The translations under genes were made by a program, and so were the position numbers. A DNA stretch of 62,631 nucleotides from Nitriliruptoraceae bacterium. Lineage in GTDB: Bacteria > Actinomycetota > Nitriliruptoria > Nitriliruptorales > Nitriliruptoraceae. How positions within the stretch are numbered: position 1 is the first letter of the stretch; every line of letters starts with the position of its first letter. Under the pieces are notes generated by a model. The model was given only the letters and a program-made list of their open reading frames with translations. It was not told the origin of the DNA and searched no databases. Positions 1 to 15,047 of this stretch are shown piece by piece. The stretch covers positions 1 through 62,631 of the forward strand of contig SKNO01000149.1 of assembly GCA_007120465.1 (NCBI GenBank), given 5' to 3'.

Positions 1-825
1 AGCCCCGCGGCCGACGCGCGCTGGCTGGTGGCCGGCACCACGGGGGTGGACCCCCACCGTCACCCGGAGGCGGCCCTCCCGCCGGGGACGCTCGACGCCC
101 TCGCCGACGCCGTCGCCCGGCGCCTCGCCCGCGAACCCCTCCAGCTGATCCTCGGGAGCACCAGCTTCCGCGGGATCGAGCTGCGGTGCCGTCCCGGCGT
201 GTTCATCCCCCGCCCGGAGACCGAGGTGATCGCCGGCATCGCGATCGACGCCGCCCGTGCCGCCCCGTCGGGCACCCCGCGCGTGGTGGACGTCGGCACC
301 GGCAGCGGGGCGATCGCCTGTGCGGTGGCCGTCGAGGTGGTGGGTGCCGCGGTCGTCGCCACCGACCGCGACCCCGCGGCGGTCGCCCTGGCGCGTGACA
401 ACGCGGCACAGGTCCGGGCCGGGGAGGCGGGTGTGCCCGGGTTCGCCGCCAACGCGACCGTCGAGGTCGTGGAGGGTGAGTTCCTCGACGGCGTCGACCC
501 GGCCCTCCGCGGCCACCTCGACGTGCTCGTGTCCAACCCGCCGTACCTGCCGGAGCGCGACCGGGCGTCCTGGGCGCCCGAGGTTGCCGACCACGACCCC
601 GTCACCGCGCTCGTCGGCGGTCCCGACGGACATGAGGTCGTCGAGGCGCTGCTGCGGTTGGCGCCGGCGTGGCTGGCGCCGGGCGGCACCGTCGTCGTGG
701 AGATCGACGAACGCCGCGGCCACGACGCCGCGACCATCGCCGCCGAGGTCGGGCTCGTCGACGTCGAGGTGGTGGCCGACCTGACCGGCGCGGACCGCGC
801 CGTGGTGGGCCGGCGGCGCCGGTAG
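1..825 (+). CDS. prmC: Release-factor N5-glutamine methyltransferase PrmC/HemK, 5' end outside window
   Basis: Frame is open from nt 1, so the GTG at 28 is only the first in-window start. SAM-binding VDVGTGSGAI and catalytic NPPY (VSNPPYLP) motifs. Conserved position upstream of tsaC and the atp operon. Confidence 0.85.
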   Translation, partial: SPAADARWLVAGTTGVDPHRHPEAALPPGTLDALADAVARRLAREPLQLILGSTSFRGIELRCRPGVFIPRPETEVIAGIAIDAARAAPSGTPRVVDVGTGSGAIACAVAVEVVGAAVVATDRDPAAVALARDNAAQVRAGEAGVPGFAANATVEVVEGEFLDGVDPALRGHLDVLVSNPPYLPERDRASWAPEVADHDPVTALVGGPDGHEVVEALLRLAPAWLAPGGTVVVEIDERRGHDAATIAAEVGLVDVEVVADLTGADRAVVGRRRR

Positions 826-855
826 CGTTGGCGGCGCCGACCCGAGGAGGACCGG

Positions 856-1557
856 GTGGACGAGATCCTGGACGCGACCGGTGAGCACCGGGCACAGGCC
901 GTCGCGCGCGCGGCCGCCGCGCTGCGTGACGGCGAGATCGTCGTGCTGCCCACCGACACCCTCTACGGCGTGGCGGCCGATGCCTTCAACCCGCAGGGCA
1001 CGCGGCGGATCTTCACCGCGAAGGAGCGTCCCCGGTCCTTCCCGCTGCCGGTGCTGCTCCGCTCGCCGAAGCAGCTCCCGGGGCTGTGTCCGGCGTTGCC
1101 CGACGGGGCCGAGGCGCTGATGGCCGCCTACTGGCCCGGTGCGCTCACGATCGTGGTGCCCGCCCAACCGGCCCTGCACTGGGACCTCGGCGACAGCGAG
1201 GGCACCGTCGCGGTCCGGATGCCCCTCGACGAGGTGGCGCTGGCGGTGATCCGCGAGGTCGGGCCCCTGGCGGTCACCAGCGCCAACCGTTCCGGCCAAC
1301 CGCCGGCGACGACGGTCCAGGAGGCCCGGGAGCAGCTCGGTGCCGCCGTGCGCCACTACCTCGACGACGGCCCGCGCACCACGCAGACCGCCTCGACGAT
1401 CGTTGACCTGACCCGCCGCGAACCCCGGGTGCTCCGGGTCGGCGCGATCCCGGAGGCGGACGTGCTGGCCGTCGCCCGCGGCGAGCTGGACCCGCTGGAT
1501 GCCGCCGCCAGACTGGACGACGAGCTCGCGACGGGAGACCCTGAGCAGGACGGGTAA
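856..1557 (+). CDS. tsaC: L-threonylcarbamoyladenylate synthase (Sua5/YwlC/TsaC family)
   Basis: 233 aa. VLPTDTLYGVAADA and LAVTSANRSG motifs typical of YrdC/Sua5. Synteny after prmC. Confidence 0.85.
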   Translation: MDEILDATGEHRAQAVARAAAALRDGEIVVLPTDTLYGVAADAFNPQGTRRIFTAKERPRSFPLPVLLRSPKQLPGLCPALPDGAEALMAAYWPGALTIVVPAQPALHWDLGDSEGTVAVRMPLDEVALAVIREVGPLAVTSANRSGQPPATTVQEAREQLGAAVRHYLDDGPRTTQTASTIVDLTRREPRVLRVGAIPEADVLAVARGELDPLDAAARLDDELATGDPEQDG

Positions 1558-1646
1558 CGACGGGCCCGTGTCGTGCGCACGGCGCCCGCCCCCGCCGGTA
1601 GCCTTCGCAGGTCACCCCCTTCCCCTTCCCGAACAGCGAGCGTGAT

Positions 1647-2912
1647 GTGAGCACCTTCTGGGGTCCGGACTTCGAGGAACTGCGCCAGGTCGACCCGGAG
1701 GTGGCCGACGGGCTGCTCCGCGAGCTCGAACGCCTGCGCGGCAAGCTGCAGCTGATCGCCAGCGAGAACCTCGCATCGCCCGCGGTGCTGGCGGCCAACG
1801 GGTCGGTGCTCCAGAACAAGTACGCCGAGGGCTACCCGGGCCGCCGCTACTACGGGGGCTGTGAGGAGGTCGTCGACCCGCTCGAGCAGCTGGCGATCGA
1901 CCGGGCGAAGCACCTGTTCGGGGCCGACCACGCCAACGTCCAGCCCCACTCGGGAGCCAGCGCCAACATCGCCGCCTACTTCGCGACCGTCGACCCCGGC
2001 GACACGGTGCTCGCCATGTCGCTGCCGCACGGTGGGCACCTCACCCACGGCATGAAGCTCAACTTCAGCGGCCGGTGGTTCGACATCGTCTCCTACGGCG
2101 TCCGGGAGGACACCGAGACGATCGACATGGACCAGGTACGCGCGCTCGCCATCGAGCACCGGCCCAAGCTGATCATCGCCGGCTGGTCCGCCTACCCACG
2201 CCAGCTCGACTTCGAGGCGTTCCGGGCGATCGCCGACGAGGTCGGGGCGGTCCTGTTCTGCGACGCCGCCCACTTCATCGGGCTGGTGGCCGGTGGGGTG
2301 CACCCCTCGCCGGTGCCCTACTGCGACATCGTGACCTTCACCACCCACAAGACCCTGCGGGGACCGCGGGGCGCGATCATCCTCACCAACGAGCGGTGGG
2401 CGAAGGAGATCGACAAGGCGGTGTTCCCCGGCACCCAGGGTGGCCCACTCGAGCACGTGATCGCGGCGAAGGCGGTGGCGCTCAAGGAGGCCATGGACCC
2501 GAGCTTCAAGGCCTACGCCCAGCGGATCCTCGACGACGCCCGGGCGCTCGCCGACGGGCTCACCGAGCGCGGCTACCGCGTCACCTCGGGGGGCACCGAC
2601 ACCCACCTGTTCCTCGCCGACGTGACCCCCAAGGGGCTGACCGGTCGCGAGGCCGAGCAGCGCTGCGACGACGCCGGCATCGTGCTGAACAAGAACGCGA
2701 TCCCCTTCGACCAGAACCCGCCGGCGGTCGCCTCGGGGATCCGTGCGGGGACGGCCGCGGTCGCCACCCAGGGGATGGGGCCCGACGAGCTCCGCCACGT
2801 CGCCACCCTGATCGACCGGGCGCTCACCGGCTCCGACGACGACCGGACCGCGGTGCGCGGCGAGATCGGCGAGCTGGTGTCGAGGTTCCCCGTCTACCCG
2901 CGCGAGCACTGA
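1647..2912 (+). CDS. glyA: Serine hydroxymethyltransferase
   Basis: 421 aa. [27 protein letters not shown] and PLP-lysine motif [13 protein letters not shown]. Confidence 0.95.
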   Translation: MSTFWGPDFEELRQVDPEVADGLLRELERLRGKLQLIASENLASPAVLAANGSVLQNKYAEGYPGRRYYGGCEEVVDPLEQLAIDRAKHLFGADHANVQPHSGASANIAAYFATVDPGDTVLAMSLPHGGHLTHGMKLNFSGRWFDIVSYGVREDTETIDMDQVRALAIEHRPKLIIAGWSAYPRQLDFEAFRAIADEVGAVLFCDAAHFIGLVAGGVHPSPVPYCDIVTFTTHKTLRGPRGAIILTNERWAKEIDKAVFPGTQGGPLEHVIAAKAVALKEAMDPSFKAYAQRILDDARALADGLTERGYRVTSGGTDTHLFLADVTPKGLTGREAEQRCDDAGIVLNKNAIPFDQNPPAVASGIRAGTAAVATQGMGPDELRHVATLIDRALTGSDDDRTAVRGEIGELVSRFPVYPREH

Positions 2913-2942
2913 CGACCCAGCACCCGGCCAGGAGGCAGGCGC

Positions 2943-4076
2943 GTGTGGGCACACCTCGCGGTCGCAGCGGCGGCAGCCGCCGTCACGGCCGTGGTGACCC
3001 CGCTGGTCATCCGCCTGGCTCGCCGGATCGGCGCCCTCGACCACCCGGGCGGTCCGCGCAAGATCCACCGCGTCGCCACCCCCACCCTGGGTGGCCTGGC
3101 GATGCTGGTCGGCTTCCTCGTCGCGATCCTCGTCGCGTCCCAGCTGGTGGAGTTCGGCCCCCTGTTCGAGCACACCTCGGAGCCCGTCGCGCTGATCGTC
3201 GGGGCGCTGGTGATCGTGGCGATCGGGGTGGCCGATGACCTGATCGGGCTGCCGCCGACGATCAAGCTGGCGGGACAGATCGTCGCGGCGCTGGTGGTGG
3301 CGGTGTTCGGGATCCAGTTGGCGTACTTCTGGATCCCGGGGTTCGACGTCCTGCTCGTGCTCTCGGGTGACCTCGGGCTGCCGCTGACCGTGCTGGCGCT
3401 GGTCGCCATGATCAACGCGGTGAACCTGATCGACGGGCTCGACGGGCTCGCGGCCGGCGTCGCGGCGATCGCCGGGACGGCCTTCTACCTGTTCACGTTG
3501 CGCACCGACCTCCGCGAGAACATCCCGACCTCCGCCAGCCTGGTCGCCGTGATCGTCGTCGGGGTGGCGATCGGGTTCCTGATGCACAACCGGCACCCCG
3601 CGCGGATCTTCATGGGGGACACCGGCGCGATGCTGCTGGGCCTGCTGCTCGGGGCGGCGGGCGTGTCCTTCGTCGGCCGCAACGTGGCACCGTCGAGCGT
3701 CGACTTCTACGGGGCGATGCCGCTGCTGATCCCGGGCCTCGTCCTGGCGGTGCCGTTCCTCGACACCGCTTTCGCGATCGTGCGACGCCTCGTCCGGGGT
3801 GTGCCCGTGGCGCTCGCGGACCGTGGTCACGTCCACCACCGGCTCCTCCGGATGGGGCACTCGCACCGCCGGGCCGTGCTGATCTTCTACTACTGGTCCG
3901 CGGTCGCCGCCTTCGGTTCCGTCGCCCCGGTGTTCGTCCCCCTCCCGCGGCTGGTCCCGTGGGGGATCGGCGCGCTCGCCGTCGGCGCGATCCTCACCCT
4001 CGTCGGTGGTCGCGGCCCGGCGCGGGACGTCGCGACGGCCCCGTCGATGGAGGACCGTCCGACCGGGACGGAGTGA
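2943..4076 (+). CDS. wecA: Polyprenyl-phosphate GlcNAc-1-phosphate transferase (WecA/Rfe, glycosyltransferase family 4)
   Basis: Polytopic membrane protein with the NAVNLIDGLDGLAAG signature. Sits directly upstream of the atp operon, as rfe does in other actinobacteria. Confidence 0.85.
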   Translation: MWAHLAVAAAAAAVTAVVTPLVIRLARRIGALDHPGGPRKIHRVATPTLGGLAMLVGFLVAILVASQLVEFGPLFEHTSEPVALIVGALVIVAIGVADDLIGLPPTIKLAGQIVAALVVAVFGIQLAYFWIPGFDVLLVLSGDLGLPLTVLALVAMINAVNLIDGLDGLAAGVAAIAGTAFYLFTLRTDLRENIPTSASLVAVIVVGVAIGFLMHNRHPARIFMGDTGAMLLGLLLGAAGVSFVGRNVAPSSVDFYGAMPLLIPGLVLAVPFLDTAFAIVRRLVRGVPVALADRGHVHHRLLRMGHSHRRAVLIFYYWSAVAAFGSVAPVFVPLPRLVPWGIGALAVGAILTLVGGRGPARDVATAPSMEDRPTGTE

Positions 4077-4288
4077 CGGGCCGGGTGCCACTGGCCCCGC
4101 ATGGGTCGGGTACGGTCCGCGTCGGCCCGGCCCTCCTCTGCGCGGGGCGAACAGCCCTCCGCCTGCCTTTGGCGGTCCCGGAGCCACCTTGCTAGCGTGC
4201 GGCGCGCTCGCGCGCCCGTCCTCCTGCGGCGTCCTGTGCGCGCGTTTCGCACGCCAGACCTCCCGTTCGTGCCGACACAGACCGGACC

Positions 4289-4610
4289 ATGGCGACCACC
4301 TCCACCACCGACGAAGCTGCCGCGCGGACATCCGCGGTCCGATCGGACCTCGCGTCGGCGCGGACACAGTTCCGTTCGTCGATGCGCGGACTCGACCACT
4401 CGTCGATCATGGTCGTCGAGCTGATGGCCGCGTTCCTCACCTGGGGTGGCATCGGCTGGCTGGTCGACGCCTGGCTCGGAACCACGCCGTGGGCCCTCGT
4501 GGTCGGCGCGCTGATCGGGATGGCGGCGGGCCTGTACCTGATCTACCTGCGTGCCGAGCGCATGGAGGGCTACGACCGACTCTCCCGGGCCTCGACCGGA
4601 GGCGGCGCCG

Positions 4611-4621
<11 letters not shown>
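4289..4621 (+). CDS. AtpZ/AtpI-family small membrane protein
   Basis: 110 aa with two predicted TM helices (VVELMAAFLTWGGIGWLV, WALVVGALIGMAAGLYLIYL). Sits immediately before atpI/atpB and overlaps the next ORF by 11 nt. Confidence 0.6.
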
Positions 4622-6201
<1,580 letters not shown>

Positions 6202-6220
6202 GCGACCCTGTGGAGCCATC

Positions 6221-6751
6221 ATGTTGATCACCCCGATCCTGGCGGCGGAAGCGGAGGGGCTGCAGCTCCTCCCGGATCCGTCCGAGCTCGTCATGGGGCT
6301 CGTGGCCTTCATCCTGCTCGCGCTGATCCTGGTGAAGCTCGCCTTCCCGCGCATCAACGCGGCCCTCGAGGAGCGCCAGGCGGCGATCCAGGGCAAGATC
6401 GAGGACGCCGACGCGAAGCTCGCCGAGGCCGAGGAGGCCAAGCGCAACTTCGAGGCCAACCTCGACGACGCCCGCGGTGAGGCCACCCGCATCATCGAGG
6501 AGGCCAAGGCCAGCGCCGAGTCGCTGCGCGCCGACATCCTCGCGAAGGCGGAGGCGGAGGCCGCACAGATGATCGAGCGGGCGCAGGCCGACGTCGCAGC
6601 GGAGCGCCAGCGCGTGCTCCAGGAGCTGCGGACGCAGGTCGGCTCCCTGTCGGTCGAGCTGGCCTCGCGCATCGTCGAGCGTGAGCTCGACGAGTCGACG
6701 CACCAGGGCCTGGTCGACGAGTACATCGAGCGCCTGTCCAGCCAGAACTGA
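6221..6751 (+). CDS. atpF: F0F1 ATP synthase subunit b
   Basis: 176 aa. One N-terminal TM helix followed by a long Ala/Glu/Arg-rich coiled coil. Operon position. Confidence 0.9.
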   Translation: MLITPILAAEAEGLQLLPDPSELVMGLVAFILLALILVKLAFPRINAALEERQAAIQGKIEDADAKLAEAEEAKRNFEANLDDARGEATRIIEEAKASAESLRADILAKAEAEAAQMIERAQADVAAERQRVLQELRTQVGSLSVELASRIVERELDESTHQGLVDEYIERLSSQN

Positions 6752-6796
6752 CACCTGCCGGCCGCGGCCGGCGGGCACGCACGACGAGGACCGTCG

Positions 6797-7330
6797 ATGA
6801 CCAAGCAACGCACCAACGGCTACGCCGAGGCGGTGGTCGCCCTGGCGACCGCCGAGGACGCGCTCGACGCCGTCGAGAGCGAGCTCCTGGCGGTGGCACG
6901 GGCCGTGGACGCCAACGAGCCGCTGCGTCGCCAGCTCACCGACCTGCACCTGCCGGTCGGGCGCCGGTTGACCTTCGTGGAGTCCGAGGTCCTCACGGCC
7001 GCACACCCGGCGACCCGCTCGGCCCTGGCCATGATCATCGCCGCCGACCGTGTCCGCGACCTCGCGGCGATCGCCGAGCAGGTCAGCGAGCGCGCCGCCG
7101 CCAGCCGCGACGAGGAGCTCGCCGAGGTGTACGTGGCGGTCCCCCTCGACGACGCCCGCAAGCAGGCCCTCAAGGACGCGCTGGAGCGCGCCACGGGTCG
7201 CAAGCTGGAACTGAAGGTGTACGTCGACGAGACCGTCGTCGGCGGTGTCCGCGCCAGGATCGGCGACACCGTCATCGACGGCTCCCTGTCCAGCCGGCTT
7301 GGCGAGCTGCGGACCCGCGTCGGCGGCTGA
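6797..7330 (+). CDS. atpH: F0F1 ATP synthase subunit delta
   Basis: 177 aa. OSCP-like C-terminus (VVGGVRARIGDTVIDGSL). Stand-alone, not fused to b. Confidence 0.9.
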   Translation: MTKQRTNGYAEAVVALATAEDALDAVESELLAVARAVDANEPLRRQLTDLHLPVGRRLTFVESEVLTAAHPATRSALAMIIAADRVRDLAAIAEQVSERAAASRDEELAEVYVAVPLDDARKQALKDALERATGRKLELKVYVDETVVGGVRARIGDTVIDGSLSSRLGELRTRVGG

Positions 7331-7399
7331 CCCCCACCGCGCACACCGCCGACGGCGGAGGCTGCGCCCCCTGTCACGACCACGAGGAAGAAGATCGAG

Positions 7400-9010
<1,611 letters not shown>

Positions 9011-9073
9011 TGTCCGCCCGGGCGTCGGGACCCCGACGCCCACAGCGGACCGACGTCCGCGAGGAGGTACGAG

Positions 9074-11470
<2,397 letters not shown>

Positions 11471-11471
<1 letters not shown>

Positions 11472-11887
11472 TGTCCGACGCCACGATGCACATCGAGGTG
11501 GTGTCGGCGGAGAGCCACGTGCTGTCCGCGGACATCTCCGAGCTGTACGCCCGCTCGGTCGAGGGCGAGTTCGGGATCCTGCCGGGGCACCAGCCAGGGG
11601 TGTTCGCGCTCGAGATCGCCCCGGTGACCCTGCGCTACCCCGACGGGTCGAGCCAGCGGATCGCCGTCCATCGCGGCACGCTGTTCGTCGACCAGGAGAG
11701 CCGGATCATCCTGCTCGCCGACATCGCCGAGCTGGAGTCCGAGATCGACATCTCGCGGGCGCGTCGGCGCAAGCGCGAGCTCGAGCAACGCATCGCGGAG
11801 GGTGTGGACGACGCGGTCCTCCGGGCGTCCCTCGTCAAGCAGGACGTGCGCCTCCAGGTGGCCGACGAGCCCGTCGAGTCCGCCTGA
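11471..11887 (+). CDS. atpC: F0F1 ATP synthase subunit epsilon
   Basis: 138 aa. Start overlaps the atpD stop (ATGA-type overlap at 11471). Beta-sandwich plus helical C-terminus. Confidence 0.9.
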
Positions 11888-11896
11888 GCACACGGC

Positions 11897-11977
11897 GTCC
11901 GGGTGCACCGCCGGCCCGCGGCTGACCGCCTGGCCCCTGGCCCAACGGCCGGACGGTCGTCCGGTCCGGGTGCACCG
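11897..11977. repeat. Two exact copies of GTCCGGGTGCACCG (11897-11910 and 11964-11977), each containing the palindrome GGTGCACC, flanking a CCGGACG/CGTCCGG hairpin
   Basis: Read directly in the atpC-murA intergenic region. Confidence 0.6.
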
Positions 11978-12010
11978 GTGGGCCGGTGCCGCGTGGGTAG
12001 TCTCGTCGCT

Positions 12011-13306
12011 ATGAACGTCACCCCACACCCCGCGCCGACGGACCGGTTCGTCGTCCGCGGCGGGCATCCGCTGCGCGGCACCGTTCGGCTCTCGGGCGCG
12101 AAGAACTCGGCGCTGAAGCTGATGGCGGCGTCGCTGCTGAGCGAGGGCACCGTCGAGCTGACGGCCGTGCCCCGCATCGCCGACGTGCCCGTGATGGCCG
12201 ACGTCCTGCGGGGCCTCGGGGTCGAGGTCGAGCTCGACCCCGCAGGTGAGACCGCCCGGTTGCGGGCGGACGATCCTGCCTGGCACGCCCCCGCGGACGC
12301 CGTCAGCCGGATCCGCGCGTCGATCTCCTGCCTCGGCCCCCTGGTCGGACGCACCGGCCGCGCCCGGCTCGCGCTGCCCGGGGGCGACCGCATCGGCGCC
12401 CGGGCGATCGACCTCCACCTGCGCGGCCTGCAGGCGATGGGTGCCACGGTCGTGGAGCATCCGGGGGAGGTCGAGGTGCTCGCCGACGGTCTGCACGGCG
12501 CCGCGATCACCCTCGACTTCCCGTCGGTGGGGGCCACCGAGAACCTCGTGATGGCGGCCACCCGCGCCGACGGTGCCACCCTGATCGAGAACGCGGCACG
12601 GGAGCCCGAGATCCAGGACCTGTGCCGGATGCTCGTGGCGATGGGCGCCCGCATCGACGGTATCGGGAGCCCCAACCTCGAGATCGAGGGGGTCGACCGG
12701 CTCGGGTCGGTGACCTGGGAGACGTGCCCGGACCGGATCGAGGCCGGCACCTACGCGATGGCGGCCGCCCTCACCGGCGGCGACGTCGTGATCGAACGGG
12801 TGCGTCCCACGGACCTGACGCTGCCGCTGATCAAGCTGCGGGCCGCCGGGGTGATCGTGGAGGAGGGGGCCGACTCCCTGCGGATCAAGGCGGGCGACCT
12901 CGAGGCCGTCGACGTCGTGACCCTCCCGTACCCCGGGTTCCCGACCGACCTGCAGCCGCAGTTGATGGTGTTGCTGACGCAGGCGCAGGGCACCAGCCGC
13001 TGCACCGAGAACGTCTTCGAGTCCCGCTTCTCCTTCGTGCAGGAACTGGTCCGTATGGGCGCCGACATCGAGGTGGATGGCCACCACGCCTGGATCCGGG
13101 GGCCCGTCCGCCTGCACGGGACGACCCTGGCGGGACTGGACGTGCGGGCGGGGGCGGCCGGCACCCTGGCGGGACTGGTGGCCTCGGGCGAGACGATCGT
13201 CCGGGACGTCCACCACGTCGACCGGGGGTACGCCGACTTCGTGCCCCGGCTGCGGTCGATCGGTGCGGACGTCGAACGGGTCCCCACCGACGCCGCCGAT
13301 GCCTGA
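12011..13306 (+). CDS. murA: UDP-N-acetylglucosamine 1-carboxyvinyltransferase
   Basis: ATG at 12011 within ORF 11903..13306. LSGAKNSALKLMAASLL, FPSVGATENL and GFPTDLQPQ motifs. Confidence 0.95.
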   Translation: MNVTPHPAPTDRFVVRGGHPLRGTVRLSGAKNSALKLMAASLLSEGTVELTAVPRIADVPVMADVLRGLGVEVELDPAGETARLRADDPAWHAPADAVSRIRASISCLGPLVGRTGRARLALPGGDRIGARAIDLHLRGLQAMGATVVEHPGEVEVLADGLHGAAITLDFPSVGATENLVMAATRADGATLIENAAREPEIQDLCRMLVAMGARIDGIGSPNLEIEGVDRLGSVTWETCPDRIEAGTYAMAAALTGGDVVIERVRPTDLTLPLIKLRAAGVIVEEGADSLRIKAGDLEAVDVVTLPYPGFPTDLQPQLMVLLTQAQGTSRCTENVFESRFSFVQELVRMGADIEVDGHHAWIRGPVRLHGTTLAGLDVRAGAAGTLAGLVASGETIVRDVHHVDRGYADFVPRLRSIGADVERVPTDAADA

Positions 13307-15047
13307 CCGACCCTCCCGGTCGCGCCGCGACGCCGGTGGTTCGGCGGCCGCCGCCGGTCTCGCCGCTCTGGCGTGCGCCGCGGTGCTGGCCGTCCTGCTC
13401 CCCGGCGCGGCGGCCGCCGACGAACACACCGAGTGGCGGGTGGATGGCCCGGTGCGCTTCGAAGTGGCCGAGGGCGGGCGTCTGGAGGTCGACCGCGACC
13501 GCCGGTACCTCGACACCCTCGAGCTGCGTCCCGGTGGTGGCGGGGGGACCCTGCTGATCAACGAACTCGGCATGGACGACTACGTCGCCGGGATCGCGGA
13601 GATGCCGGCGAGCTGGCCGATGGAGGCGCTGAAGGCGCAGGCCGTCGCGGCCCGTACCTACGGCTGGTACGTGCTGCGGACCAGCCGCTACCCCGGGTAC
13701 GACATCTGCCCGACGGTGGCCTGCCAGGTGTTCCGTGGCGCCGAGGTGGTGCTCGGCTCCGAGCACGGCGACCGGTGGCGTGAAGCCGTCGACGCCACCG
13801 CCGGCGAGGTGCTCGTCGACCCGGACGGTGCACCGGTGCTGGCCCGGTACTACTCGACGTCCGGCGGCCGGACCTACGCGAACGAGGAGGTGTTCCCCTC
13901 GACCGGGGCGCACGACCACCTCGTCTCCATCGAGGACCCCTACGACGCGGTCTCGCCCCTGCACCGGTGGACCGTGCGCTTCACCCGCGAGGAGTTCGAC
14001 ACCCTGGCTGCCCGGGGGCAGCGGTTGTCGACCGTGGTGCCGGTGACCGACGCGGAACGCGTCGGCGAGGTCGACGACCCGCGTGCGACGATCCGGGTGA
14101 CGGGGGCGGACGGGACGTCGGTCGAGATCCGCGCGGGCGAGTTCCGCGACTTCGTCTCGCGGGTCGCGCCGGACAGCTTCCCCGACCGCTTCCCGCCCCT
14201 GCGTGAGGACGGTCTGCGCCCGCTACCGTCGACCGTGCCGACCGCCCGGTACGACGTGGAGGTCACCGAGGACGAGGTGATCCTGCACGGGCAGGGGTGG
14301 GGCCACGGCGTCGGCATGGGGCAGTACGGGGCGAAGGGCCGTGCGGAGGACGGCGCCAGCTACCTCGACATCCTGGCGGCCTACTACAACGGGCTCACGC
14401 CGACGGTGGCCGACGACCTCCCCGACCGCATCCGCGTCGGGATCAGCGCCCCGGCCGAGCTGACGGTCGGTGCCGACGCGTCCGTGCAGGTGACGGCTGG
14501 CGACGAGATGATCGAGGAGGCGGCCCTGGGCGCCTGGACGGTCGCCCGCGACGGCGAGAGTTGGCGGCTCGTCGCGCCGGACGGGCACGGCCAGCCGCTC
14601 GCGGTGTCGGCGACGACGGTCACCGAAGGGCTCGCGCAGCTGACCGACGCGGTGACCGTTGAGGCGGAGGTCAACAAGCCGGTGCACCTCGCGCTGGCGG
14701 TGACCGACCCCGGTGGTGCGACCGTGCTGACCCGTGACCTGGGGGTGGTCGAGGCCGGACGACACACCGTGGTTTGGCGTCTCAACGACGCAGAGGGTTC
14801 CCTGGTCGATCCCGGGCGCTACCGGATCGGGCTGATCGGAGAGGACCATGCGGGGGACGAGGACGGGACGCCGGTCGAGGTCACGGTGCCCGAGCGCGAG
14901 GAGCCGTCCGCCACGGAGGACGCCGAGTCAGCCGATCGATCGGCGTCCGGCTCCGCGGGCCGGGACGTGGTCCGCGTCGTCGCCGTCGCTGTGGGGCTGC
15001 TCGCCCTGGCTGCGGCTGGGCTCCTGGTGATCCGGAGACTGCGATGA
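13299..15047 (+). CDS. SpoIID/LytB-domain cell-envelope protein with an Ig-like (FlgD-like) segment and a C-terminal TM anchor
   Basis: ATG at 13299 overlaps the murA stop. N-terminal signal/TM (GLAALACAAVLAVLL). SpoIID signatures (MEALKAQAVAARTY, YYSTSGGRTYANEEVF, GHGVGMGQYGA). C-terminus VVRVVAVAVGLLALAAAGLLVIRRLR. Confidence 0.8.
   Translation: MPDRPSRSRRDAGGSAAAAGLAALACAAVLAVLLPGAAAADEHTEWRVDGPVRFEVAEGGRLEVDRDRRYLDTLELRPGGGGGTLLINELGMDDYVAGIAEMPASWPMEALKAQAVAARTYGWYVLRTSRYPGYDICPTVACQVFRGAEVVLGSEHGDRWREAVDATAGEVLVDPDGAPVLARYYSTSGGRTYANEEVFPSTGAHDHLVSIEDPYDAVSPLHRWTVRFTREEFDTLAARGQRLSTVVPVTDAERVGEVDDPRATIRVTGADGTSVEIRAGEFRDFVSRVAPDSFPDRFPPLREDGLRPLPSTVPTARYDVEVTEDEVILHGQGWGHGVGMGQYGAKGRAEDGASYLDILAAYYNGLTPTVADDLPDRIRVGISAPAELTVGADASVQVTAGDEMIEEAALGAWTVARDGESWRLVAPDGHGQPLAVSATTVTEGLAQLTDAVTVEAEVNKPVHLALAVTDPGGATVLTRDLGVVEAGRHTVVWRLNDAEGSLVDPGRYRIGLIGEDHAGDEDGTPVEVTVPEREEPSATEDAESADRSASGSAGRDVVRVVAVAVGLLALAAAGLLVIRRLR

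Noticed and set aside
1356-4367. 1003-aa ORF on the minus strand, antisense to tsaC, glyA and wecA
   Set aside because: The composition is Arg/Gly/Pro/Asp/His-rich, typical of stop-free antisense frames in very high-G+C DNA. It is fully covered by recognisable genes on the other strand and has no family motif.
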